NCBI GenBank assembly: GCA_035649175.1
Contig: DASRKB010000033.1
Coordinates: forward strand, 17,605 to 81,604
Source: Burkholderiales bacterium
GTDB taxonomy: Bacteria; Pseudomonadota; Gammaproteobacteria; Burkholderiales; SG8-39
Length of the DNA: 64,000 nt
Direction of reading: 5' to 3'
In this document: positions 20,387 to 30,414 of the stretch, in pieces
Layout: each line of letters opens with the position of its first letter
Position numbering within the stretch: position 1 is the stretch's first letter
Translations under genes and position numbers: made by a program
The notes under the pieces: generated by a model
What the model was told of the DNA's origin: nothing
The model's input: the letters and a program-made list of their open reading frames with translations, nothing else
The model's database searches: none

Positions 20387-21487
20387 GTGAAGATCCTCGT
20401 CGCAGGCGCCGGGCCGGCCGGCTTGTACTTCTCTTTTCTGATCAAGAGAAGAAACCCCTCATGGGACGTGCGGGTCGCCGAGCAGAACGCCGCCGGCTCC
20501 ACCTTCGGCTTCGGCGTGGTGTTCTCCGACCGGGCGCTGGAATTCCTGCGCGCCGACGACCCCCAGACTTACGACCTCATCACACCGGCGATGGAGAGCT
20601 GGAGCGACATCACCGTCGTGCACCGCGGCACGCCGGTGGTCATCGACGGCATCGGCTTCGCCGCGATCGGCCGGCTGCGCCTTCTCGAGCTCCTGCGCCA
20701 GCGTGCAGGCAGCGTCGGAATCGTGCCGGAGTACAACAAGCCCATCGATGATTCCTTCTCCCTCGATGATTTCGATCTGGTCGTCGCGGCCGATGGCGTC
20801 AATTCCTTCGTGCGCCGGTGCGGGGATTTCGGCACCAGCGTCGAGCACCTCACGAACAAGTTCGCCTGGTACGGCACGCCGAGGATCTTTCACACGCTGA
20901 CGCAGACGTTCGTCGAGAGCGAGCACGGCACCTTCAACGCGCACCACTACCGGCACTCCCCGCGCATGAGCACCTTCGTCGTCGAGTGCGACGCCGCAAC
21001 ATGGGAGAAGGCGGGTTTTGCCCGGAAGAATGAAGACGAAACCAACAGGACGCTGGAAGGCGTGTTTGCTCCCGTTCTCGCCGGCCATCGTCTGGTCTCG
21101 AACAAGTCGGTGTGGCGGAACTTTCCCAACCTGCGCAACGAGCGCTGGTCGGTCGGCAACATGGTGCTGATCGGCGACGCGCAGAGGACGGCGCACTTCT
21201 CAATCGGCTCCGGGACGCGCCTCGCGATGGAGGACGCCATCGCGCTCGACAAGGCGCTGGCCGAGGCGGGCTCGGTGCCCGAGGCCCTCGCCGCGTTCGA
21301 AACGGTGCGCCGGCCGATCGTCGAGAAGCTTGTGGCGGCGGCCGATGCCAGCGGACAATGGTACGAGCGCTTCCCGGAGCACATGCCGCTTTCGCCGCGC
21401 GAGTTCGCGTGGAGCTACATCCAACGCAGCGGCCGCATCGATCCCGAGCGGCTCCGGAAGATCGCGCCGCGCTTCGTCGGAGGATAG
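20387..21487 (+). CDS. FAD-dependent monooxygenase, stand-alone homolog of the N-terminal half of 2-aminobenzoyl-CoA monooxygenase/reductase (366 aa, GTG start)
   Basis: Track ORF 20387..21487(+). The dinucleotide fold is KILVAGAGPAGLYFSFL. It is collinear with residues 1-~370 of the fused enzyme at 30815 (shared TFGFGVVFSD, DLVVAADG(V/I)NS, FSIGSGT(R/K)LAMEDAIAL) and ends where the OYE-like domain would begin. Confidence 0.85.
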   Translation: MKILVAGAGPAGLYFSFLIKRRNPSWDVRVAEQNAAGSTFGFGVVFSDRALEFLRADDPQTYDLITPAMESWSDITVVHRGTPVVIDGIGFAAIGRLRLLELLRQRAGSVGIVPEYNKPIDDSFSLDDFDLVVAADGVNSFVRRCGDFGTSVEHLTNKFAWYGTPRIFHTLTQTFVESEHGTFNAHHYRHSPRMSTFVVECDAATWEKAGFARKNEDETNRTLEGVFAPVLAGHRLVSNKSVWRNFPNLRNERWSVGNMVLIGDAQRTAHFSIGSGTRLAMEDAIALDKALAEAGSVPEALAAFETVRRPIVEKLVAAADASGQWYERFPEHMPLSPREFAWSYIQRSGRIDPERLRKIAPRFVGG

Positions 21488-21489
21488 AC

Positions 21490-22512
21490 ATGCTTTTTCC
21501 CACCACGCTCGTCGGCAGCTACCCCCAGCCCGAGTGGCTGATCGACCGCAAGAAGCTCGCGGGGCGTTTCCCGCCGCGCGTGCGCGCCCGCGAACTCTGG
21601 CGCGTCGCGGAGCCCTATCTGCGCGAGGCCCAGGACGACGCCACCGTGCTCGCCATCCAGGACCAGGAGGCGGCGGGCCTCGATATCATCACCGACGGCG
21701 AGATCCGGCGCGAGAGCTACTCCAACCGCTTCGCCACGGCGCTCGAGGGCGTCGACATCGACAATCCCGGCACCGCGCTCGACCGCTCCGGCCATCCCAA
21801 TCCCGTGCCGCGCATCGTGGGGAAGATTCGCAGGAAACACCCGGTGGAGGTGGAGGACTTGCGCTTTCTGAAAAGGAATACTTCCCGGAAGACGAAGATC
21901 ACGGTGCCCGGGCCATTCACGATGGCCCAGCAGGCGCAGAACGACTTCTACAAAACCGAGGAAGAGGCAGCGATGGACTACGCCGCCGCGGTCAACGAGG
22001 AGATCCGTGACCTCTTCGCCGCGGGCGCGGACATCGTGCAGGTGGACGAGCCCTATATGCAGGCGCGGCCCGAGAAGGCGCGGCAATTCGGCTTGAAGGC
22101 TTTGAACAGAGCATTACAGGACATCACGGGCACTACCGCCGTGCACATCTGCTTCGGCTATGCCGCGATCATCCACCAGCGGCCCTCGGGTTATTCGTTC
22201 CTGCCCGAGCTCGCCGGGTGCTCGTGCCGGCAGATCTCCATCGAGACGGCGCAGTCGGGCCTGGACACCTCGATCCTCGGGAAGCTGCCAGGCAAGAAGA
22301 TCATGGTCGGCTGCATCGATCTCTCCGACACGACCGTGGAGACGCCGCAGAAGGTCAAGCAGAGGATAGAGAAGGCCTTGAAGTTCGTTCCGGCGGAGAA
22401 CGTCATTCTCGCGCCCGACTGCGGCATGAAGTACCTGCCGCGCGAGGTCGCCTTCGGCAAGCTGCGGGCGATGGTCGAGGCTGCGAAGATGCTGCGGGCC
22501 GAGCACGGGTGA
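21490..22512 (+). CDS. cobalamin-independent methionine synthase II family (MetE-fold) protein, type B (340 aa)
   Basis: This is the last 340 aa of track ORF 21112..22512(+), from ATG 21490 (MLFPTTLVGSYPQPEWLIDRKKL), with GGAGGA 6 nt upstream. Zinc-site pattern: HICFGY ... SIETAQ ... APDCGMK. Confidence 0.85.
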   Translation: MLFPTTLVGSYPQPEWLIDRKKLAGRFPPRVRARELWRVAEPYLREAQDDATVLAIQDQEAAGLDIITDGEIRRESYSNRFATALEGVDIDNPGTALDRSGHPNPVPRIVGKIRRKHPVEVEDLRFLKRNTSRKTKITVPGPFTMAQQAQNDFYKTEEEAAMDYAAAVNEEIRDLFAAGADIVQVDEPYMQARPEKARQFGLKALNRALQDITGTTAVHICFGYAAIIHQRPSGYSFLPELAGCSCRQISIETAQSGLDTSILGKLPGKKIMVGCIDLSDTTVETPQKVKQRIEKALKFVPAENVILAPDCGMKYLPREVAFGKLRAMVEAAKMLRAEHG

Positions 22513-23600
22513 AGCCGCCGTTCCGTGTCGAGCACGTCGGCAGCTTCATCCGGCCGCGGCGGCTGCTGGAAGCCGTTCGATCGAAGAAGCTTTCCGCGGA
22601 AGAGCTGAGAGCGGTCCAGGACGATGCGATCCGGGAGATCGTGGCGTTCCAGGAGTCGCTCGGCCTGCCGTCGATCACCGACGGGGAGTTCCGCCGGCGC
22701 AGCTGGTCGGCCGGGTTCATCGACGCGGTAGAGGGCTTCGGCCTGCGCGACGGTACGCTCGCCTTTCGCGACGAGACCGGCATCGTCGGCGTAGCGTCCT
22801 CCCCCTATGCGAAGACGCGGCTGCGGCGCAAGCGCCGCATCGTGGCGGACGACTTCCGGTTCCTGAAATCGGTGGTGAAGCGCGGCGTCCCGAAGGTAAC
22901 GATCGCGGCGCCGGACGTGATGCACTACTTCCTCGGCCCGCAGGCGTTCGACCCTGAGGCGTACGGCGACCGCGAGCTCTACCTCGAGGACCTGGAAAGA
23001 CTGTACCGGGAAGAAATCACGGATCTCGCCAACGAAGGCTGCACCTACCTCCAGCTCGACGACACCGCGCTGCCCTGCAACTGCGACGCACGGGCGAGAC
23101 AGGACGTGTCGGCGCGCGGCGAGGACGCGGACGAGCTGACGGAGCGCTACGTGCGGCTTTTCAACGAATGTGTTGCCACGCGCCCGCGGGACATGACCGT
23201 CGCGATCCACCTCTGCCGGGGAAATCTGAAGGGCGCGTGGATGGCCGATGGCGGCTACGAGCCGATTGCCGAGGCGCTCTTCGAGCGCCTCGACGCGCAG
23301 GTCTACTGCCTGGAATACGACACGGCACGCGCCGGAGACTTCGCGCCGCTGCGCTTCCTGCCGGAGGGCAAGCGCGTGATCCTCGGCCTCGTCAGCACCA
23401 AGACGCCCGCGCTGGAGGACAAGGACGCTCTGAAGAGAAGAATCGACGCCGCGGCGAGGCACGCGCCGCTGGACCGTCTGGGGATTGGACCGCAATGCGG
23501 CTTCTCAAGCGTGGGCGGCGGCAACCAGTCGCTCACGCCCGACGATACGCGACGCAAGCTCGAGCGCGTGATGGAAGTGGCGCGCGAGGTCTGGGGATAA
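22509..23600 (+). CDS. cobalamin-independent methionine synthase II family (MetE-fold) protein, paralog A2 (363 aa, GTG start)
   Basis: Track ORF 22218..23600(+). By alignment to paralog A1 (MIPPFRADHIGS vs VKPPFRVEHVGS), the start is GTG 22509, which overlaps the upstream TGA (GTGA). Zinc-site pattern: HLCRGN ... CLEYDT ... IGPQCGF. Confidence 0.85.
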   Translation: MKPPFRVEHVGSFIRPRRLLEAVRSKKLSAEELRAVQDDAIREIVAFQESLGLPSITDGEFRRRSWSAGFIDAVEGFGLRDGTLAFRDETGIVGVASSPYAKTRLRRKRRIVADDFRFLKSVVKRGVPKVTIAAPDVMHYFLGPQAFDPEAYGDRELYLEDLERLYREEITDLANEGCTYLQLDDTALPCNCDARARQDVSARGEDADELTERYVRLFNECVATRPRDMTVAIHLCRGNLKGAWMADGGYEPIAEALFERLDAQVYCLEYDTARAGDFAPLRFLPEGKRVILGLVSTKTPALEDKDALKRRIDAAARHAPLDRLGIGPQCGFSSVGGGNQSLTPDDTRRKLERVMEVAREVWG

Positions 23601-23637
23601 TTCACGACTGAAGGGGCAGCATCGTAATGGAGAGAGC

Positions 23638-24315
23638 ATGAAGAAACACTTCGCAGCAAGCTTGGCCGCAAGCCTTGCGCTCACCGGGTGCATATCTGAT
23701 CGCGGTTTTGGGCCCGACAACCGGCAGCTCACCGGGAAGGAAAGCGGCATCCTCATCGGCGCGGGGGTCGGGGCGGTGCTTGGCGCCGTGGCCTACGACA
23801 AGAACCGCAGCAAGGGCGCGCTGGTCGGCGCCATCGGCGGCGGGCTCGCCGGCGGCGTGGTCGGCACGTACATGGACAACCAGCGCCAGGATCTCGAGGA
23901 GAACCTGGCCGAGGAGATCCGCACCGGGCAGGCGCGCGTCGAGAAGCTCGCGGGGAACGTGGTGCGCGTGACCATGACCAGCCAGACTGCCTTCGAGATC
24001 GACTCGGCGCAGATCAAGCCGGGCTTCCACAGCACCATGGACAAGCTCGCCGACGTCGTGGTGCGCTACGGCAAGACCGCGCTCACCGTGGCGGGCCACA
24101 CCGACAGCACCGGTACCGATGCCTACAACCAGAAGCTCTCGGAGCGCCGCGCGCTCTCGGTCGCGCAGTACCTCGAGTCGCGACGCGTGAACGGCATGCG
24201 CCTGGCGACCGTCGGGAAAGGCGAGACCCAGCCCGTCGCGAGCAACGCCAGCGAGGCCGGGCGGCAGGCGAACCGCCGCGTCGAGATCTACGTCGAGCCG
24301 GTGGTGGAAGGCTAG
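23638..24315 (+). CDS. OmpA-family lipoprotein with glycine-zipper segment (225 aa)
   Basis: Track ORF 23638..24315(+). Lipobox LALTGC, Gly-zipper GILIGAGVGAVLGAV...GAIGGGLAGGVVG, and a C-terminal OmpA peptidoglycan-binding motif (GHTDSTGTDAYNQKLSERRA...NRRVEI). Confidence 0.85.
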   Translation: MKKHFAASLAASLALTGCISDRGFGPDNRQLTGKESGILIGAGVGAVLGAVAYDKNRSKGALVGAIGGGLAGGVVGTYMDNQRQDLEENLAEEIRTGQARVEKLAGNVVRVTMTSQTAFEIDSAQIKPGFHSTMDKLADVVVRYGKTALTVAGHTDSTGTDAYNQKLSERRALSVAQYLESRRVNGMRLATVGKGETQPVASNASEAGRQANRRVEIYVEPVVEG

Positions 24316-24317
24316 CC

Positions 24318-26012
24318 ATGGCGAAGAAGCAGGGGCTGACGCGGGGGCTCACGAACTACGGCGACGCCGGCTTCTCGCTTTATCTCAGGCGATCGTTCGC
24401 GAAGAGCATGGGCTATTCGAGCGAGATGCTCTCGCGCCCGGTGGTGGGCATCGCCGACTCGAAGAGCGGATTCAACAACTGCCATCGCCATTTCCCCGAG
24501 CTCATCGAGGCGGTGAAGCGCGGCGTGCTCGCCGCGGGCGCCCTGCCGATCGAGTTCCCCACGGTGTCGCTGGGCGAGGTGTTCCTGAGCCCGACCTCGA
24601 TGATGTTCCGCAACCTGATGTCGATCGACGTCGAGGAGATGATCCGCGCGCAGCCCATGGACGCGGTGGTGCTCGTGGGCGGCTGCGACAAGACCGTGCC
24701 CGCGCAGCTCATGGGCGCGGTCTCGGCCGACGTCCCGGCAGTGCAGCTCCTCGCCGGGCCGATGATGCCGACCTCGTTCCACGGCGAGCGCCTGGGCGCG
24801 TGCACCGACTGCCGGCGCTTCTGGGCGATGCATCGCGCCGGGAAAGTGGACGAGAAGGGAATCGGTGAGGTGGAAGGCAATCTCGCGACCACCGCCGGCA
24901 CCTGCGCAGTGATGGGAACCGCTTCCACCATGGCCGCGATTGCCGAGGCGCTCGGCATGGCGCTGCCGGGCACCGCCGCGATTCCCGCGGTGCACGCCGA
25001 CCGGCTGCGCGCCGCCGAGGAAAGCGGCAAGCGCGCGGCCGAGCTGGCCCGCTCGCCGATCAGGCCCAGCGAAATATTGAATGAGAAGTCGATAGAGAAT
25101 GCGCTTCGCGTGCTGCTCGCGATAGGCGGCTCGACCAATGCCATCGTTCATCTCACGGCGATCGCAGGGCGAGCGGGGGTAGCGATCGATCTCAACAGGC
25201 TCAATTCTCTTTCCGATTCCACCCCGGTCCTGGTCGACCTGAAACCGACGGGGCAGCACTACATGTCGGATCTCTACGCGGCGGGCGGCGTAGGCGCGGT
25301 GATGCGCGAGCTCAAGCCGCTCTTGCACCTCGATTGCATGACGGTCGCCGGCATTACCCTCGGCGAAGCGCTCGAGAGACACTCGCCCTGGGTCGACCGT
25401 GCCGTGGTGAAAACGATGAAGGAGCCGCTCGCGAAGGAGGGCGGACTTGTCGCGCTCTTCGGGTCGCTCGCGCCGAGCGGTGCAATCCTCAAGCGCTCCG
25501 CCGCCGACCCGAAGCTCTTCGAGCGCGAGGGTCGCGCGAGGGTCTTCGGCTCGCTCGACGAGCTTGCGGCGCGCATCGACGACCCGGCGCTCGACGTTAC
25601 GGCGGAGGACTTCCTCGTGCTGCAGAACTCGGGGCCCAAGTCCGGCTACGCCATGCCGGAAGCGGGCTACCTGCCCATCCCGGCGAAGCTGGCGCGCGCC
25701 GGCGTGAAAGACATGGTGCGAATCTCGGACGCGCGCATGAGCGGCACGGCCTACGGCACGATCGTGCTGCACGTGTCGCCCGAGGCGGCGGTCGGCGGGC
25801 CGCTCGCACTGGTGCGCAACGGCGACCGCATCCGCCTGTCGGTGAAGGAACGCAGGATCGATCTGCTCCTCGAGGGATCGGAGTTGCAGAAGCGCAAGGC
25901 GGCCTGGAAGCCTCCGGTCGCGCCGCCGGCGCGCGGCTACGCGAAGCTCTACATGGACCACGTGCTCCAGGCGGAGCACGGCTGCGACTTCGACTTCCTC
26001 AGGAAGGCTTGA
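24318..26012 (+). CDS. IlvD/Edd-family dehydratase (dihydroxy-acid or sugar-acid dehydratase, 564 aa)
   Basis: Track ORF 24318..26012(+). Family motifs ...NCHRHF...VGGCDKTVP...AGTCAVMGTASTM...GGSTNAIVHL...ISDARMSGTAYG. Confidence 0.9.
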   Translation: MAKKQGLTRGLTNYGDAGFSLYLRRSFAKSMGYSSEMLSRPVVGIADSKSGFNNCHRHFPELIEAVKRGVLAAGALPIEFPTVSLGEVFLSPTSMMFRNLMSIDVEEMIRAQPMDAVVLVGGCDKTVPAQLMGAVSADVPAVQLLAGPMMPTSFHGERLGACTDCRRFWAMHRAGKVDEKGIGEVEGNLATTAGTCAVMGTASTMAAIAEALGMALPGTAAIPAVHADRLRAAEESGKRAAELARSPIRPSEILNEKSIENALRVLLAIGGSTNAIVHLTAIAGRAGVAIDLNRLNSLSDSTPVLVDLKPTGQHYMSDLYAAGGVGAVMRELKPLLHLDCMTVAGITLGEALERHSPWVDRAVVKTMKEPLAKEGGLVALFGSLAPSGAILKRSAADPKLFEREGRARVFGSLDELAARIDDPALDVTAEDFLVLQNSGPKSGYAMPEAGYLPIPAKLARAGVKDMVRISDARMSGTAYGTIVLHVSPEAAVGGPLALVRNGDRIRLSVKERRIDLLLEGSELQKRKAAWKPPVAPPARGYAKLYMDHVLQAEHGCDFDFLRKA

Positions 26013-26392
26013 AGCAGGCGCTGCGCGCCGCCTGGCTCGCGGCCGGGTTCGTCTTCCTCGCGATCGCGGTGGTCGGCGTGGTGCTGCCGGTGCTTCCGAC
26101 GACGCCCTTCCTGTTGCTCGCGGCGGCGTGCTTCGCGCGCTCCTCGCAGCGGTTCTACGCCTGGCTGCTCAACCATCGCTCGTTCGGCCCGCTCGTGCGC
26201 GAATGGCGCGAGCACCGCAGCATTCCGTGGCGCACAAAGCTCACCGCCATCGGGCTCATGTCGGCGACGCTCGCCGCCTCGATCGTCTTCTTCGTCACCG
26301 ACCCCTATCTGAGATGGGCGCTCGGCGCGCTCGGCGTGCTGCTTGCCGGGTGGCTCTACCGCGTTCCCTCGCGCGACCGCCCCGGCGGTTGA
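26009..26392 (+). CDS. ybaN: DUF454/YbaN-family inner-membrane protein (127 aa, TTG start)
   Basis: This is the tail of track ORF 25334..26392(+). VVGVVLPVLPTTPFLLLAAACFARSSQRFYAWLLNHRSFG matches the E. coli YbaN core almost residue for residue. TTG 26009 overlaps the dehydratase TGA (TTGA), with AGGAAGG 2 nt upstream. Confidence 0.75.
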   Translation: MKQALRAAWLAAGFVFLAIAVVGVVLPVLPTTPFLLLAAACFARSSQRFYAWLLNHRSFGPLVREWREHRSIPWRTKLTAIGLMSATLAASIVFFVTDPYLRWALGALGVLLAGWLYRVPSRDRPGG

Positions 26393-26445
26393 CAAGCGGC
26401 GCGGGGATGCTTCAGGCTTGATCTATTCAGGCTTTGAGTAACCGC

Positions 26446-26913
26446 ATGCAGGATCGTGAAACCATCGCCCGCGCCGGCGACCATCGCGCCCTCCGCACCT
26501 GGCTGCGGCTGCTCACGTGCACCCAGCTGATCGAGCGGCGCGTGCGGACCGGCCTGCGGGAGCAGTTCGGCACCACCCTGCCGCGCTTCGACCTCATGGC
26601 GCAGCTCGAGCGCCACCCCGAGGGCCTGAAGATGAACGAGCTCTCGCGCCTGCTGATGGTGACCGGCGGCAACGTCACCGCGATCGTCGACCAGCTCGAG
26701 AAGGAGGGCCTGGTCGAGCGCCTCGACGAGCCCGCCGACCGGCGCGCCTTTCGCATCCGGCTGACGAAGACCGGCGAGAAGAGCTTCGCCGAGATGGCGC
26801 GGGCCCACGAGGAATGGGTGGTGGAGCTCCTCGCCGGGCTCTCGCGGCGCGAGCAGGACGAATTGCTCCGGCTGCTCGCCAAGGTGAAGGAGCACGCGGT
26901 GGAGGTGACTTAA
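26446..26913 (+). CDS. MarR-family transcriptional regulator (155 aa)
   Basis: Track ORF 26434..26913(+). Winged-helix core [48 protein letters not shown]...[11 protein letters not shown] use ATG 26446; the track start at 26434 is a TTG. Confidence 0.8.
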   Translation: MQDRETIARAGDHRALRTWLRLLTCTQLIERRVRTGLREQFGTTLPRFDLMAQLERHPEGLKMNELSRLLMVTGGNVTAIVDQLEKEGLVERLDEPADRRAFRIRLTKTGEKSFAEMARAHEEWVVELLAGLSRREQDELLRLLAKVKEHAVEVT

Positions 26914-27704
26914 TGATCCAGCCCAGGCATTTCCAGTGGCGCGTGGACGGCAAGGTCGGTGTCATCACGCTCAGCCGCCCGGAGCGCAAGAACCCGCTCA
27001 CATTCGAGTCCTACGCCGAGTTGCGGGATCTTTTCAGTGACCTGGAAAAAGAGCATTCCGTGAAGAGCGTCGTGATTACCGGCGCCGGCGGCAATTTCTG
27101 CTCCGGCGGGGACGTGCACGAGATCATCGGCCCGCTGACGAAGATGGCCATGCCCGAGCTTCTCGCGTTCACGCGCATGACCGGCGACGTGGTGAAAGCG
27201 ATGCGCCATTGCCCGCAGCCGGTCATCGCCGCCGTGGACGGGGTGTGCGCCGGCGCCGGCGCGATCCTCGCCATGGCGTGCGACCTGCGCTACGGCGCGC
27301 CGGACGCGAAGGTGGCGTTCCTCTTCGTGCGCGTGGGGCTCGCGGGCTGCGACATGGGCGCCTGCGCGATGCTGCCTCGCATCATCGGGCAGGGGCGGGC
27401 CTCGGAGCTCCTCTACACCGGGCGCTCGATGAGCGCGGAGGAAGGCCTCGCCTGGGGGTTCTTCAACCAGGTGAGCGAGGCACCGCTGGAAAAGGCCCTG
27501 GCGAGGGCCAGGGAGCTGGCGAACGGCCCCACGGCGGCGCACGCGATGACGAAGAAAATGCTGCACCAGGAATGGAACGCCGGGGTCGACGAGGCGATCG
27601 AAATGGAAGCGCAGGCGCAGGCCATCCTCATGCAGAACAAGGATTTCCGGCGCGCGTACGAGGCCTTCGCGGCCAGGAGAAAGCCCGCCTTCGAAGGCGA
27701 CTGA
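26913..27704 (+). CDS. enoyl-CoA hydratase/isomerase (crotonase) family protein (263 aa)
   Basis: This is the last 263 aa of track ORF 26517..27704(+), from ATG 26913 (TAATG overlap with marR). Crotonase motifs [13 protein letters not shown] and [19 protein letters not shown]. Confidence 0.9.
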   Translation: MIQPRHFQWRVDGKVGVITLSRPERKNPLTFESYAELRDLFSDLEKEHSVKSVVITGAGGNFCSGGDVHEIIGPLTKMAMPELLAFTRMTGDVVKAMRHCPQPVIAAVDGVCAGAGAILAMACDLRYGAPDAKVAFLFVRVGLAGCDMGACAMLPRIIGQGRASELLYTGRSMSAEEGLAWGFFNQVSEAPLEKALARARELANGPTAAHAMTKKMLHQEWNAGVDEAIEMEAQAQAILMQNKDFRRAYEAFAARRKPAFEGD

Positions 27705-28810
27705 TGGATCGATTCGCGCATTACGCCTTGCCGTTGTTCGAGACGCGCCATGCCGAGTTGGCGCGGAAGGTCGAACGCTATGCGATGGAGAATCTCGGTT
27801 TTGCGCACGGTGAGGACGCGGACGCAATCTGCCGGCGCCTCGTGCAGGACCTGGGATGCGCGGGGTTCCTCGCGCACTGCGTGGGAGCGCAGGTCGAGGT
27901 GCGCTCGGTCGCGATCCTGCGCGAGGTGCTCGCCTATCACGCCGGCTTGGCGGACTTCTCGTTCGTGATGCAGGGGCTGGGCAGCGGGCCGATCGCGCTC
28001 GCGGGCACCGAGGAGCAGAAGAAGAAGTACTTGCCCAGGACGGCGAGCGGCGAAGCGATCGCCGCCTTCGCGCTTTCCGAGCCCGACGCCGGCTCGGACG
28101 TACAAGCCATGAGCACCACCGCCACGAAGGCCGGAAGCGCCTGGACGCTGGATGGCACCAAGACCTGGATTTCGAACGGCGGCATCGCCGACTACTACGT
28201 CGTGTTCGCGAAGGCCGACGAGGGGATCAGCGCCTTCGTGGTCGACAAGGAGGAGGTGGACGCCTCCGAGCGCATCGACATCGTCGCGCCGCATCCGATG
28301 GCCGTCGTTCGCCTTCGGGGTTCACGGGGAACTCTTTTGGGAGAAGCGGGACAGGGCTTCAAGCTGGCGATGCGCAACCTCGACGTCTTCCGCACTACCG
28401 TGGCCGGGGCCGCCCTCGGCTTCGCCCGTCGGGCGCTCGATGAAGCTCTCCGGAGAACGAGAGAAAGAAAGATGTTCGGGCAGGCGCTGGCTGACTTCCA
28501 GATGACGCAGGCGAAGCTCGCCGACATGGCGACGGCCATCGAAGCGGGCGCGCTGCTCACCTATCGCTCTGCATGGAAAAAAGATCATCTCAAGGAGCGG
28601 GTAACCCGCGAGGCGGCGATGGCCAAGATGTTCGCCACCGAGGCCGCGCAGCGGGTGATCGACGACGCGGTGCAGCTTTGCGGGGGCCTGGGCGTCATGC
28701 GCGGCCACCCGGTGGAGCGGCTCTACCGGGAGGTGCGTGCGCTACGCATCTACGAGGGGGCGACCGAGGTGCAAAAACTCATCATTGCCCGGGATGTTCT
28801 GAAGTCATGA
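27704..28810 (+). CDS. acyl-CoA dehydrogenase family protein (368 aa)
   Basis: This is the last 368 aa of track ORF 27209..28810(+), from ATG 27704 (TGATG overlap). ACAD motifs [21 protein letters not shown] and a C-terminal ...[16 protein letters not shown]. Confidence 0.9.
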   Translation: MDRFAHYALPLFETRHAELARKVERYAMENLGFAHGEDADAICRRLVQDLGCAGFLAHCVGAQVEVRSVAILREVLAYHAGLADFSFVMQGLGSGPIALAGTEEQKKKYLPRTASGEAIAAFALSEPDAGSDVQAMSTTATKAGSAWTLDGTKTWISNGGIADYYVVFAKADEGISAFVVDKEEVDASERIDIVAPHPMAVVRLRGSRGTLLGEAGQGFKLAMRNLDVFRTTVAGAALGFARRALDEALRRTRERKMFGQALADFQMTQAKLADMATAIEAGALLTYRSAWKKDHLKERVTREAAMAKMFATEAAQRVIDDAVQLCGGLGVMRGHPVERLYREVRALRIYEGATEVQKLIIARDVLKS

Positions 28811-30414
28811 GCTACACCGCGCACGTCGACACTTTCGCGCGCGATAACCTGCCGCCGCGCAGCCTGTGGCCCGAGCTGCGCTTCGATCTGCCGGAGCTGC
28901 AGTACTCCGTGCGCATGAACTGCGCCACCGAGCTGCTCGACAAGCCGGTGACGCGCGGCCACGGCCATCGCATCGCGCTGCGCTCGCCCGACGGCGAGTG
29001 CACCTACACCCAGCTCTTCACCCAGACGAATCGGCTCGCCAACGTCCTGGTGCGCGAGATGGGCGTGAAGCCCGGCAACCGGGTGCTGCTGCGCGGTCCG
29101 AACAACCCGATGATGGCCGCCTGCTGGTTCGCGGTGATGAAAGCCGGCGCGATCTGCGTGGCCACCATGCCGCTCCTGCGCGCGAAGGAGCTCACCGATA
29201 TCATCGAGAAGGCCGAGATCACACACGCGCTGTGCGATAAGCGCCTGGATGCCGAGCTGATCACCGCGCAGGAGAGGTGTCCGTCGTTGGCGGTCGTCAA
29301 GTACTGGTACGACGACGGACCCGATTCGCTCGACACGCTTTCGCTGCGCCAGCCGCTCACCTTTACCAACTTGTCGACGGCGGCGGACGACGTCGCGCTC
29401 ATCGCGTTCACCTCGGGCACGACCGGCAAGCCCAAGGGAACGATGCACTTCCACCGCGACGTCATCGCGATGTGCGACTGTTTTCCGCGCTCGTGCCTGC
29501 AGGCCACCAAGGACGACATCTTCTGCGGCACGCCGCCCCTCGCGTTCACCTTCGGGCTGGGCGGCATGCTGTGCTTTCCGATGCGCTTCGGCGCCTCCAC
29601 GGTTCTGATTGAGAAGCTCACGCCCGAATCGATGCTCGAGACGATCGAGCGCTACAAGGCCACGGTGTGCTTCACCTCCCCGGTCATGTACCGCGGCATG
29701 GCTGCGCTTGCGAAGAGCTTCGATCTGCGGTCCCTGAAGAAATGCGTGTCCGCCGGCGAGGCACTGCCCGATGCCACGCGGCAGTCTTTCAAGCAGTCCA
29801 CCGGCATCGAGATCATCGACGGCATCGGTTCCACCGAGATGATCCACATCTTCATCTCTCACACGCCCGAGCGCGTGCGCCGCGGCGCCACCGGCTACGC
29901 GATCCCAGGCTATCGCGCGACGGTTCTGGACGATCGGGGCAATCCCTGTAGACCGGGAGAGGTGGGCCGCCTCGCCGTGAAGGGGCCGACCGGCTGCCGC
30001 TACCTCGCCGACGAGCGGCAGAAGAACTATGTGCTGAACGGCTGGAACGTCACTGGCGATGCCTACCTGATGGACGAGGACGGCTACTTCTTCTACCAGG
30101 CTCGTACCGACGACATGATCATCTCCGCCGGCTACAACATCGCCGGGCCGGAGGTCGAGGGCGCGCTCCTCACGCACGCGGCGGTCGCCGAGTGCGGCGT
30201 GGTGGGCGCGCCGGACCCAGAGCGCGGCACGATCGTCAAGGCCTTCGTCGTTCTCAAGGAAGGGCAGACCGGAGACGCGAGGATGGTCAAGGCCCTTCAG
30301 GACCATGTGAAGAGCGCCATCGCGCCCTACAAGTATCCGCGCGCCATCGAGTTCGTTTCTGCGCTGCCACGCACCGAGACCGGGAAGCTGCAGCGCTTCA
30401 AGCTGAGGGGATGA
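28807..30414 (+). CDS. aryl-CoA ligase of the benzoate/2-aminobenzoate-CoA ligase type (535 aa)
   Basis: This is the last 535 aa of track ORF 28573..30414(+), from ATG 28807 (ATGA overlap). AMP-binding motifs [21 protein letters not shown] and a C-terminal [14 protein letters not shown]. Confidence 0.9.
   Translation: MSYTAHVDTFARDNLPPRSLWPELRFDLPELQYSVRMNCATELLDKPVTRGHGHRIALRSPDGECTYTQLFTQTNRLANVLVREMGVKPGNRVLLRGPNNPMMAACWFAVMKAGAICVATMPLLRAKELTDIIEKAEITHALCDKRLDAELITAQERCPSLAVVKYWYDDGPDSLDTLSLRQPLTFTNLSTAADDVALIAFTSGTTGKPKGTMHFHRDVIAMCDCFPRSCLQATKDDIFCGTPPLAFTFGLGGMLCFPMRFGASTVLIEKLTPESMLETIERYKATVCFTSPVMYRGMAALAKSFDLRSLKKCVSAGEALPDATRQSFKQSTGIEIIDGIGSTEMIHIFISHTPERVRRGATGYAIPGYRATVLDDRGNPCRPGEVGRLAVKGPTGCRYLADERQKNYVLNGWNVTGDAYLMDEDGYFFYQARTDDMIISAGYNIAGPEVEGALLTHAAVAECGVVGAPDPERGTIVKAFVVLKEGQTGDARMVKALQDHVKSAIAPYKYPRAIEFVSALPRTETGKLQRFKLRG

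Noticed and set aside
24312-25979. Long antisense ORFs opposite strong genes: 24312..25979, 28750..30306, 30719..32350, 48186..49667, 50655..52379, 54208..56373 and 57915..59423.
   Set aside because: Their translations are dominated by R, A, G, P, H and D with no recognisable motif. They mirror the codon-aligned antisense frame of genes with clear family signatures. I found no independent evidence for coding.
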